Shown here piece by piece: positions 31,058 to 40,332 of a DNA stretch of 64,000 nucleotides. A program made the translations under genes and the position numbers. The stretch's first letter is position 1, and each line of letters opens with the position of its first letter. The notes under the pieces were generated by a model. The model saw only the letters and a program-made list of their open reading frames with translations. It searched no databases and was not told the origin of the DNA. The DNA is from Methanotrichaceae archaeon (GTDB lineage: Archaea > Halobacteriota > Methanosarcinia > Methanotrichales > Methanotrichaceae). The stretch covers positions 32,001 to 96,000 of the forward strand of contig CAWDLW010000017.1 in assembly GCA_963803145.1 (NCBI GenBank), given 5' to 3'.

Positions 31058-32866
31058 TTGGTGGTACAAATGAACTCCTGTAGAAGACTAATTGCAGCAC
31101 CATTATGTATAGTCCTGCTCATAGCGTTCGTTGGCATCCAGAGCAGCGCAGGCCAATGTTACACTTTGCCCTCTCCCGATACTGGCGAAGTTCGCATCTT
31201 CGCACAAAGTGTCTGCGGCAGCGTTGATAACGATCCGCCGAACCCCACGGTTTTCACAATAGATACGCCAAGTACAATCACGAAATTAGGCACCTATCAT
31301 TGGAATCATGGCGCTGGGGCAACTCCCGGCACCATCGGGCTAAAGGGCGAGGATGGCACCGTTTATGGGCCGTGGCAAGCCTCAGGCCTGCCGGGCCAGG
31401 GCGGAGTGCCAAATGCAAATTGGGTAGTGACCTTATCGAATGGAGTAGATCTGCCTGCCGGGACCTACGAGGTTATGGATTCAGATCCCTCAACCTGGGC
31501 TTATGGCAGCGAGAGCGGGAATAGCGGAGTAGTATCTGTTGTCGGCCTCAGTGGGAGCAGTGCAAATCATAACGCTGCAGGCCATAATACCGGCAATAAA
31601 AATACGGGACAGCCGCCGTGTGCAGTAGATGCGGTAGACTTTTCTCCAAGGGATCCAACGGATCTGTATCATGCCGGTCCCTTGCTCGTTCCAGGCTCGT
31701 ATAAATTCTATTACGGCAAAAGGACTGGAACCCAAATTGGGCAGCCTGACAGCTGGCAGACTTATGGGCCGGTTGATATTCATGGCGGCAAGTTCTACGT
31801 TTTTGATACCGTAAACGGGGAGCTGAGCGAGCAGGATCCCAAGATGATCAATTCGATGATCAATCAGCCGGGGCCAACCGAATCTCTGGTATGGTACAGG
31901 CTCAGCACACAGAACGCCTATGTGGTCTGCTTCGACGGGCCGCTGAACGGTAATAATGGAGGTATACAGATTGGAGGCCAACAGCCAACTGGTGGCAATT
32001 CACAGGCAATTCGTCTCTTCGGAAGCGTGCCTACAGCAGACTCCTCTACATTTAAATCGAATGTATATCCAGAGGTATCTGTTGACACATCAACATATGA
32101 CAGAACACCATATCACATGGCCACTCCCTATTCTGGAACGGTTACCATTCAGCCGGGCCAGAGATGTTTCCTGGCCGGAGATTCTGCAGGCAAGTCGGGC
32201 TGGAGTGTTGATAACTTCCTCCTCTTCGAGATCCAGACGGGTATGGGGACAAAATATCTATTCTGCGGCGATGCTGATCCTGTCTCTTACAACGGTCAGA
32301 AAGTTCAGCAAGTAGGGCCGAGTTCGTTCAGCTTTGATGCTGGTGAGGTTGATTTAACTTCGTACTTCCCGAAAGGTGTGCCTGTCCAACTCAAAGTTTC
32401 AGCCTTAGACTATGGTGGCATCGGACATGTGAGCGATGTGTACCTGATTATCCAATCTGGCAATACACAAGGAACAAGTTCTGATGATAACGTTGGATCA
32501 TCGACCATCCCATCAGCTGTCACGAATGGGAATGGGGGAATTCAGCTTGCGGGCAGCTGGAATATGGACGGACACCAGGAAGGGTTTAACGACTGGAAGG
32601 CGGATTTAGTTCTCAATAGCGATTCCACTCTAAGATGGACAGAGACTGAAGGGGCAAATGTCGGAGCTACTAGATCTGGAACCTGGCAGTTCGATGGAAC
32701 AACCATCACTATGAGCTGGGTATCGCCTAGCGGAGGAAAGACCGCATGGATTTCTAGAGAGGTAACTAAAGACACCATAAATAGTGGGACTTACACCGTC
32801 GAGAATGCACCAGGCGGGACGTGGGTTGCCACCAGGTCTTATACAGTGGCAAACGAAGAACTTTAA
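31058..32866 (+). CDS. Secreted multidomain beta-rich hypothetical protein
   Basis: Signal peptide; TYHWN..G..PGTIGL...YGPW domain; G/N-rich linkers separating about four domains. Confidence 0.75.
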   Translation: MVVQMNSCRRLIAAPLCIVLLIAFVGIQSSAGQCYTLPSPDTGEVRIFAQSVCGSVDNDPPNPTVFTIDTPSTITKLGTYHWNHGAGATPGTIGLKGEDGTVYGPWQASGLPGQGGVPNANWVVTLSNGVDLPAGTYEVMDSDPSTWAYGSESGNSGVVSVVGLSGSSANHNAAGHNTGNKNTGQPPCAVDAVDFSPRDPTDLYHAGPLLVPGSYKFYYGKRTGTQIGQPDSWQTYGPVDIHGGKFYVFDTVNGELSEQDPKMINSMINQPGPTESLVWYRLSTQNAYVVCFDGPLNGNNGGIQIGGQQPTGGNSQAIRLFGSVPTADSSTFKSNVYPEVSVDTSTYDRTPYHMATPYSGTVTIQPGQRCFLAGDSAGKSGWSVDNFLLFEIQTGMGTKYLFCGDADPVSYNGQKVQQVGPSSFSFDAGEVDLTSYFPKGVPVQLKVSALDYGGIGHVSDVYLIIQSGNTQGTSSDDNVGSSTIPSAVTNGNGGIQLAGSWNMDGHQEGFNDWKADLVLNSDSTLRWTETEGANVGATRSGTWQFDGTTITMSWVSPSGGKTAWISREVTKDTINSGTYTVENAPGGTWVATRSYTVANEEL

Positions 32867-32924
32867 TTAGGAGGCCTATCGGGTCTCCTACTTTCCAATA
32901 TATCTTTTTGCGAGAGCTTTACGA

Positions 32925-33905
32925 TTACATCAACGCTAGCTTCAGCCCCTTGCCCAGCTCCAAAGCACGCTTATAAACAATAGTTCCTGTAGATACATCC
33001 TGGATCGCAAGGCCGGTAGAGTCAAAGATAGTAATCTCCTCATTGCTGGTTCTGCCAGGCTTGGCTCCTGTCAGTATCTCTCCTATCTGGGCATAGATCT
33101 CCTCCGGCTTCAGCACGCCCTCTGATATCGGCACATTTACCTCGCCTGAGTGGACAGCCTGGGCCATATCATCGACGACAACTTTTGTGCGCTTTGTGAG
33201 CGCACTTTCGAGCTCTTGCTTGCCTTTCGCATCTGCGCCTATTGCATTTATGTGCGTTCCCGGCTTCACCCATGAGCTTTTTACGACAGGAGCGCGTGCT
33301 GGTGTAGTAGTAATAAGAATATCACAATCACACGCGTCCTTTGGGTCTGTTGTGAGCTTGTATTCGCAATCTAGGAATCCTCTGGCATCTTGCTCAAAGG
33401 CCCTGCCGTGCTCCAGGGATCTATCCGACACAATCACCCTTTCGATCTTGAAGAAGCGGCTCACACCGAGGAGCTGTGTCCTGGCCTGCACACCAGCGCC
33501 AATCATTCCAACAATCTTTGATTCTGTCCTGGCTAGATATTTTGCGGCTATTGCGCCTGCAGCGCCAGTCCTCATATTTGTGAGGAATGTTCCCCCCATG
33601 ACTGCAATGGGCGCTCCTGTCTCAGGTGAGTTCAGAACCAGCAGAGCCATAACTGTTGGAAGCCCCTTGCTGGGGTTCTTCGGATGAACGTTGACAATCT
33701 TCACACCTGCTGCACTTAGGTTCTCCAGGCAGGCGGGCATAGTCCTCAGATCGCCGTCATATTTCGTAAAGTAAAGATACGATTTTGGAGGCATCTGCGT
33801 CTTTCCAAAGCCGTGATCCCTGAATGCGCTTTCCACCGCAACAATGGCATCATCCATCTTCAGAATAGATTTAACATCATCCTCGGACAGCCAGAGTAAA
33901 TCCAT
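32925..33905 (-). CDS. ala: Archaeal alanine dehydrogenase (OCD/mu-crystallin family)
   Basis: QMPPKSY, GDLRTMPA, GVKIVNVHP.N, LT.MRTGA, HINAIGAD, FDSTGLAIQD; start MDLLWL at 33905. Confidence 0.88.
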   Translation of the reverse strand: MDLLWLSEDDVKSILKMDDAIVAVESAFRDHGFGKTQMPPKSYLYFTKYDGDLRTMPACLENLSAAGVKIVNVHPKNPSKGLPTVMALLVLNSPETGAPIAVMGGTFLTNMRTGAAGAIAAKYLARTESKIVGMIGAGVQARTQLLGVSRFFKIERVIVSDRSLEHGRAFEQDARGFLDCEYKLTTDPKDACDCDILITTTPARAPVVKSSWVKPGTHINAIGADAKGKQELESALTKRTKVVVDDMAQAVHSGEVNVPISEGVLKPEEIYAQIGEILTGAKPGRTSNEEITIFDSTGLAIQDVSTGTIVYKRALELGKGLKLALM

Positions 33906-34090
33906 AGTAAACCTCGTATATATTAATGATATTAATTGTAATAGCAGCCATGGTAAAATAGCCTTTGGCCTAGCGTCTCCTGCTGCTCTAAACCATTTGC
34001 GCTGTTTCAAGAACATCTGAACTATCAATGTAACACCTATACCTTACACCTCGGAAAATCAGATATATTCCCAACAACTCTTATTCGCTC

Positions 34091-34546
34091 ATGCTACAGG
34101 ATATCAAGGTGGTTGAGGTCAAAGAGCAGCCAGTGCTCTCCATAAGAGAAACTGCATCCATGCCGTCCATGCCCGAGAAAATGGGCGAGATATTTTCGGA
34201 GATCTATGCGTTTATGCAGAAAAAGGAAATAGTTCCAGTCGGCCCGCCTTTTGCTTACTGGCACGACATGACCGGCGGTATAGTCGATATGGAATGCGGT
34301 TTTCCCGTCTATGGATCTGCAAAGGGCGAAGGAAGGATAAAGAGCAGCAAGCTGCCCGGAGGCAAAGCTGCAACAGCCTTGCATATCGGACCCTATGATA
34401 AGCTTTCGGAGGCATACAAGGTAGTTGAATCATGGATAAGAGACAATGGATATCAGATCGCAGGGAATCCTTGGGAGTCTTATCTGACCATGCCTGATGT
34501 GGAGCCTTCCAAGATCAGGACTCAGATCTTCTGGCTGGTGAAGTAA
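34091..34546 (+). CDS. GyrI-like small-molecule-binding protein
   Basis: GPPFAY, LPGG, HIGPYDKL, PWESYL. Confidence 0.88.
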   Translation: MLQDIKVVEVKEQPVLSIRETASMPSMPEKMGEIFSEIYAFMQKKEIVPVGPPFAYWHDMTGGIVDMECGFPVYGSAKGEGRIKSSKLPGGKAATALHIGPYDKLSEAYKVVESWIRDNGYQIAGNPWESYLTMPDVEPSKIRTQIFWLVK

Positions 34547-34606
34547 TTTAGGCTGATGCCTCTCTTTTTTGCCATTTCGACGATGGAACTATAAATACAT
34601 TAATAT

Positions 34607-35203
34607 GTGAATCAATTCATCTATGACAAAGGTGTGAGAAAAACGAAAAGCCTAATCGCCTACTCTACCCGCTATGGTGCCACTGCCGGAACCGCCGAAG
34701 AGATCGCCAGGATCCTCCGCCAAGATAACTTCGATGTCAGAGTAGTCGATCTTAAAGCAGAGAAGGTTAAAGACATCTCGGAGTTCGATCTTATCGTCAT
34801 CGGTGGGGGCTTAAAGATGGGCAGGTGGACCGGCGAGAGCGATGCTTTTCTAAAGAGCTTCCAGAAAGATCTGACCCAAAAGAAGGTTGCCATCTTCGTT
34901 TCTTCAGCCGTAAAATCGCTACATGAGCGCAAAGGCAAAGCGGAGGATCTGCAGAAGTTCAAGAAACAATATCTGGAAGACAGGGCATTGAAGTACAATC
35001 TGCATCCTATTGCTCTGGGCCTATTCGGCGGAGTCATGGATAAAAACAAGATGGGTTTTATTTTCCGGCGAACTCTAGCTCCCCTTATCAAGCAGTTTGA
35101 GGAAGCGGGTTTTAAGGAGACAAGCCCCGGATTGATCGATACCAGGAACTGGGAAGAGATCCGCCGATGGACAGAAGATCTCGCACAGAGGGCACGGCAA
35201 TAG
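34607..35203 (+). CDS. Flavodoxin-domain (HemG-like) protein
   Basis: LIAYSTRYGATAGTAEEI, IVIGG, FGG, DTRNWEEI. Confidence 0.85.
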   Translation: MNQFIYDKGVRKTKSLIAYSTRYGATAGTAEEIARILRQDNFDVRVVDLKAEKVKDISEFDLIVIGGGLKMGRWTGESDAFLKSFQKDLTQKKVAIFVSSAVKSLHERKGKAEDLQKFKKQYLEDRALKYNLHPIALGLFGGVMDKNKMGFIFRRTLAPLIKQFEEAGFKETSPGLIDTRNWEEIRRWTEDLAQRARQ

Positions 35204-35445
35204 CTGTATAACAAACCTTTCGAATAACTCTCTTTCTAACGCCCAAGATAATGGGATAGCTTTAGCGATTAAAGAGTTATTGATATGTGTGGCGAAGCAT
35301 AAAAGAATAAAAAGGCCATAAAACTGTTCCTAAAATAGTTATTCTCCAGTCTACGTATAGTACATGCTCCAAAGGATTTGACTATTTTTTCACTGCACTT
35401 GTACCATGATAGACATATATTATGAGTTTAAATAGACATTATAAA

Positions 35446-36627
35446 ATGGATCAATATGATGTAGCAGTCGTTGGCGCTGGCCCTGCCGGCTCAATGGCTG
35501 CGAAGTATGCGGCCAAGGCCGTAGCCAGTGTGGTTCTCCTGGAGGAGCATGCGAGCATAGGCTGGCCTGTGCAGTGTGCAGGGCTGCTGGGCACGAATGC
35601 CCTTGAGGTCTCGGAACTTTCACCTGGCGACTTTGTCAAAGGCGGCCTTAAAGGCGCAACAATTTATTCTCCAGGAGGCACGAAGGTTTCCTTCAAGGCA
35701 GATTCATTCAAAGCATGGATCGTTGATAGAAGGCTTTTTGACAGATCCCTGGCAATGGAAGCCGCGAAGAAAGGCGCCGAGCTGAGGCTCAGCTCTCAAG
35801 TGAGAGATGTACTAAAAGTGAAGGATAGCCATGGCAAAGGCAACATCCTGATCCTCGGCAGTGGAGAACGAATAGCAGCAAAAGCCGTCATTTTGGCCGA
35901 AGGCGTCAGAGCCCTTCTATCTCGTAAGGCCGGCATCAGGCCAGTCGAGAAGATCCTGTCAGGCGCTCAGGTAGAGCTGCCTTTCGTTGTGGATGATCCT
36001 GAGAAGGTTGAGGTTCATCTGGGTATACCCGGACTCTTCGCCTGGGTTATTCCAATAGGGCCTGAATCTGCCAGGGTCGGGCTCTGCACTGTAGAAAATG
36101 GATGTGATATTCTTAAGGCATTTCTGCGGAGAGATGTGATAAAGAAGAGAATTTTAGGCTCGCCCACAGCTCTAAATGTGGGCGGCCTTCCCATGGGTCC
36201 GCCGCCGTCCACAGTAGCAGATGGTTTTCTGGCTGTGGGAGATGCTGCTGGTCATGTAAAGCCGACCTCAGGAGGCGGGATTTATCCTGGCCTTGTCTGC
36301 GCCAAGATTGCTGGGAGCGTGGCAGCCGCGGCCGTCTCTGAGGGTGATTGTTCAGCGGATAGGTTAAAGGAGTACGATAGACGATGGCGGGCGTCGATAG
36401 GCAGAGAGCTTGATGTGGGAATGAGGGTGAACCGGCTCCTGAATAGAATGAGCGATCAAGAGCTGGACGAAGTTCTGGGCTATCTTGCAGGAAAGCCCGG
36501 CCTGATTAAGACAATAGAGGAACACGGAGATATCGATAGGCCAAGCGTGCTTATGGCCAAGATGCTGCCCAAATTGGGACTTGATGGGATTAAGTTAGCG
36601 GGATTGTTGAAACATATGTTGAGTTAG
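35446..36627 (+). CDS. Geranylgeranyl reductase family FAD oxidoreductase
   Basis: YDVAVVGAGPAGS, PVQCAG, DRRLFD, FAWVIP, VGDAAGHVKPTSGGGIY. Confidence 0.9.
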   Translation: MDQYDVAVVGAGPAGSMAAKYAAKAVASVVLLEEHASIGWPVQCAGLLGTNALEVSELSPGDFVKGGLKGATIYSPGGTKVSFKADSFKAWIVDRRLFDRSLAMEAAKKGAELRLSSQVRDVLKVKDSHGKGNILILGSGERIAAKAVILAEGVRALLSRKAGIRPVEKILSGAQVELPFVVDDPEKVEVHLGIPGLFAWVIPIGPESARVGLCTVENGCDILKAFLRRDVIKKRILGSPTALNVGGLPMGPPPSTVADGFLAVGDAAGHVKPTSGGGIYPGLVCAKIAGSVAAAAVSEGDCSADRLKEYDRRWRASIGRELDVGMRVNRLLNRMSDQELDEVLGYLAGKPGLIKTIEEHGDIDRPSVLMAKMLPKLGLDGIKLAGLLKHMLS

Positions 36628-36746
36628 TCTTTTTGTCTAGTCTACCTAATTATGTTGATGGATAATGGCTATAACACTCCTTAGTAATTCCTTTTCCACA
36701 GCCGCAGTTTGGCCGTCTTCCAATATTAAATTTAATGCTAAAGACA

Positions 36747-39107
36747 CTAAGATTTGTTTCCAAGCGATTTCAGACTATCTCGTACAAATTTCGTATCAGG
36801 ATGATCCTCAGGCAATATTTTCTCATCAATCTTCAGAACTCTCTCAAGATAATCCCTAGCTCGCTCGAGATCACCCATATCTTTCAGAACTAAACCGAGG
36901 TTGCTAACTATCGTGGCAATCATAGGATGATCCTCAGGCAATATTTTCTCATCAATCTTCAGAGCTCTCTCAAGATAATCCCTAGCTTGCTCGAGATCAC
37001 CCATATCTTTCAGAACTAAACCGAGGTTGCTAACTATCGTGGCAATCATAGGATGATCCTCAGGCAATATTTTCTCATCAATCTTCAGAGCCCTCTCAAG
37101 ATAATTCTTAGCTTGATCAAGGTCGCCCAGACCTCCAAGAACCATTCCGAGGTTGCTAGCTATCAAGGCAACATCAGGATGATTCTCAGGCAATATTTTC
37201 TCATCAATCTTCAGAGCTCTCTCAAGATAATCCCTAGCTCGCTCGAGATCACCCATATCTTTCAGAACTAAACCGAGGTTGCTAACTATCGTGGCAATCA
37301 TAGGATGATCCTCAGGCAATATTTTCTCATCAATCTTCAGAGCTCTCTCAAGATAATCCCTAGCTTGCTCGAGATCACCCATATCTTTCAGAACTAAACC
37401 GAGGTTGCTAACTATCGTGGCAATCATAGGATGATCCTCAGGCAATATTTTCTCATCAATCTTCAGAGCTCTCTCAAGATAATCCCTAGCTTGCTTAAGA
37501 TCGCCCAGATCTCTAAAAACCATTCCAAGATTATTAGTTACCGTGGCAACATCAGAATGATCTTCGGGTAAGATTTTCTCATCAATCTTCAGAGCTCTCT
37601 CTAACAAAAATTTAGCATGGGTAAGTTCCCCCCGCCCTCTTAGAAATAATCCTATACGGTTCAAAAGACTGCCTATAACCTCTGGAGATACTTCGAAAAC
37701 CTCGCCATATTCCACTGTGGTCAGAGCATGTGGGAATAATATTGAACATATAGTCCAAGTTCGCACATCCATTGAGTAGTAGGGAAAAGCGTCATGAATT
37801 AATCGTAAGGCGGCTTCAGCCCATTTCTTTCCATCATCGCCCAGCCTTTCTCTCGTTACCATCTGAACCAATCTGTGGATTGACAGATAATCTTCAAAAG
37901 AACTGACTAGAGAGTAGCATCTCAGGACTGCCACGGCATCATCAAACTCTAGTTCATCGGCTAGAGAAGGTAATGGATCAGGCAACTTATTGGCTAGCTC
38001 CGTCAATAAAAGTCTAGGAATATTTTCAGGAGCAAGAAATGAGCAGAGATTGAGCAGATTAGCGCCTATAAGCGAAACTTCTTGAACCTCCTGGAAAGCG
38101 AGCTTCCAGGTAGTGGCGATAGTTGCAGGATAATCTTTAGGCTTGCCCCTCTCGAGAACTTCGATCTGATATTTCTGGAATCGTTTTAAGTAGTCTCTAA
38201 ATGTTATACCCTTCTCCTCAATATAGGCTCCAGCCTGCTCCAGGGCCAGTGGTAAATTTTCCAAATCCTTTGCCAAATTGCTTATGGTGCCATCATCCTT
38301 TTGTCCTGTGCGCTTTTCTAAAAATTCTATAGATTCTTCATCGCTGAAAACCTGAATTTGTAATGGTTTTGCCGTACTACCCCAGTTTGGATTACGGGAA
38401 GTTATTATCACATGGCCTTCGCCGAATCTGGGTAGATAATCTCCAAGATCGTCCGGTTTAATAGCGCTATCAAAGATCATCAGCCAACGTGGGTTCTTTT
38501 CCAACCATCTTCTTACGGCTCTAACGATTTCGATCTGATCCTTGAGGTCTTTTTCAGGTAAGTGTAGCTCAACAGCGAGAAGAGCATAATCTGACGCGAG
38601 CGTAGCAGGTTCTGATCGCACCCACCATATGACCTTATAATCGGCCATATGGCGGTAAGCGTACTCTACTGCAATCTGTGTTTTACCTACGCCACCCATG
38701 CCCCAGAGGGCCTGCTTCCATGCCTCAGGTTGAGCGGAAGTCAGGCATGATCTGAGTTCTGCCATGATTTGCTCACGGCCTGTGAAGTTGCGATTGCGGA
38801 ATTGAGCTATATTCCAGATCTCTGGAAGCATTTTCTGCAAATTGGCAAGTCCACTCTCTTTCTCCTTCAAAAGGCCAGTAAGATGTTCCCTATCCGCTGT
38901 GCTGATTTTTGCCTTCAACTCATCGTATTCCTGTTGGTAATTTGCCGCGGATTCCTTTTGGCGTTCGATCTCCTGGTGAAATCTGGCTAGATCTCTTGGA
39001 TCGTTCGAATATCGCAGTTCATCCTCATACTTCTTGAGGAGGTCTAGATCCTTCTTAATATTATCTTCGAGATCTTGAAGTCGTTTGTTAATCAGATTCG
39101 CTTCCAT
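36747..39107 (-). CDS. NLR-like STAND ATPase: N-terminal helical domain + NB-ARC + TPR
   Basis: RNRNFTGRE, Walker A GMGGVGKT, Walker B LMIFD, IITSR, LPLALEQAGAYI, IHRLVQ; 42-aa TPR repeats. Confidence 0.92.
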   Translation of the reverse strand: MEANLINKRLQDLEDNIKKDLDLLKKYEDELRYSNDPRDLARFHQEIERQKESAANYQQEYDELKAKISTADREHLTGLLKEKESGLANLQKMLPEIWNIAQFRNRNFTGREQIMAELRSCLTSAQPEAWKQALWGMGGVGKTQIAVEYAYRHMADYKVIWWVRSEPATLASDYALLAVELHLPEKDLKDQIEIVRAVRRWLEKNPRWLMIFDSAIKPDDLGDYLPRFGEGHVIITSRNPNWGSTAKPLQIQVFSDEESIEFLEKRTGQKDDGTISNLAKDLENLPLALEQAGAYIEEKGITFRDYLKRFQKYQIEVLERGKPKDYPATIATTWKLAFQEVQEVSLIGANLLNLCSFLAPENIPRLLLTELANKLPDPLPSLADELEFDDAVAVLRCYSLVSSFEDYLSIHRLVQMVTRERLGDDGKKWAEAALRLIHDAFPYYSMDVRTWTICSILFPHALTTVEYGEVFEVSPEVIGSLLNRIGLFLRGRGELTHAKFLLERALKIDEKILPEDHSDVATVTNNLGMVFRDLGDLKQARDYLERALKIDEKILPEDHPMIATIVSNLGLVLKDMGDLEQARDYLERALKIDEKILPEDHPMIATIVSNLGLVLKDMGDLERARDYLERALKIDEKILPENHPDVALIASNLGMVLGGLGDLDQAKNYLERALKIDEKILPEDHPMIATIVSNLGLVLKDMGDLEQARDYLERALKIDEKILPEDHPMIATIVSNLGLVLKDMGDLERARDYLERVLKIDEKILPEDHPDTKFVRDSLKSLGNKS
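36790..37605 (-). repeat. 126-bp near-identical tandem repeats encoding TPR units
   Basis: GGATGATCCTCAGGCAATATTTTCTCATCAATCTTCAGA or variants at 36799, 36925, 37051, 37177, 37303, 37429, 37555. Confidence 0.93.
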
Positions 39108-39825
39108 GGCCCCGTCCGAATTTTGCCTTCAAGGCTTCCCAAGCTGACTGGAGATTCATGCCTACTTTAAGCTCGATTTCACCTTCGTATGACAGGATCA
39201 GGGGTATGATGGGGATAGTAAGTTTTAGCTTGTGGCTCGAACCTACTGCGGGATCATCCAGAATTTTTGAGATTTTTTCGGTTTGTTCAAGTATCTTAGG
39301 ATCAACTGCTTTATTTTTCATTATGTCTGCGACGACTTTCTGGAGGGCCTCCAGAGTATCTCTCATGTCTTGTTCTGAAATACAGTTAGCTTCAAGCGCA
39401 TCCCAGATGCATTTTACAGTCTCCAATTGGTTCTGATTCAACTCATTGATAAGGGAGGAAATTATCCTTTGTTCACTTGCATTGAAGCTCTGTAACATGG
39501 TTTGGCGCAAATCGACTAGTTGATCCGCCATAGCTCTTTGGCCTGATTGAAGCTCTGTCAACATATCCTCGATATGCTCCAAGCGATCAGCAAACCCAGT
39601 TACCTTTTCTGGAGGTTCGCTGGCTACTTGCTTTCGTAGATCGTCGTATTCTTTATTGTAGCGTTTTGCTGAATCTCTCTGACGCACAATTTCCCGGCGA
39701 ATCCTAGCCAGCTCTCTAGGATCGTGCGCATACCGTTCCTCATCTTCGTAAGCCTTAAGCAGCTCCAAATCTTGGAGGACATTCTCCTCCAGATCCTTGA
39801 GCCGAGTTTGTATCGCAGTATCCAC
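39088..39825 (-). CDS. Helical protein sharing its N-terminal domain with the adjacent NLR; putative adaptor/effector
   Basis: 35/59 identities with the NLR N-terminus; overlaps the NLR start by 20 nt; GGGAGG SD; C-terminal KLKLTIPIIPLILSYEGEIEL. Confidence 0.8.
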   Translation of the reverse strand: MDTAIQTRLKDLEENVLQDLELLKAYEDEERYAHDPRELARIRREIVRQRDSAKRYNKEYDDLRKQVASEPPEKVTGFADRLEHIEDMLTELQSGQRAMADQLVDLRQTMLQSFNASEQRIISSLINELNQNQLETVKCIWDALEANCISEQDMRDTLEALQKVVADIMKNKAVDPKILEQTEKISKILDDPAVGSSHKLKLTIPIIPLILSYEGEIELKVGMNLQSAWEALKAKFGRGHGSESD

Positions 39826-40332
39826 TCAATCTCCCTCCCAAACTAGGCCGTTGTTAGTATAGAACTTATCATTATACTTATAAATGCCGCTATTGTAAAA
39901 TATGCAAGTAATTGCTGTTATAGTGATTTTGAGTATATCAACTCAATCACGGTAGACTACCAAGGATTTATTATAGTGTTTCCTAGAACTTTTTGCCCAA
40001 TAGAATAAGCGTTATGTAAGCCGATCGCTGAAAAGATTTAGGCAAGAAGTCAGGAGAATCACTATAATTAAGAACTGTGAACCAAAGCTATCTTTGAGAA
40101 TTAGAATCATTATGAGCTGTTCATAACTTAACCTTTATTTAGTGGGAAAATATTCAGCCAATCCCGCACACAATTTCATCCAACTTGATCTTGCATCCTT
40201 AAGTTATCTCACTGCTGGATATTATCGTATTTTGCTAATTTATAATATTGAGAATGTTCTTGTCGTAAGTTCATTTTGTATAGCGGCAGGCAAATATATA
40301 TCATTGCCAACACTAAAAGCTGAAATCTATCT

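Noticed and set aside
36790-37605. CRISPR array
   Set aside because: 126-bp in-frame coding repeats with no unique spacers and no cas genes.
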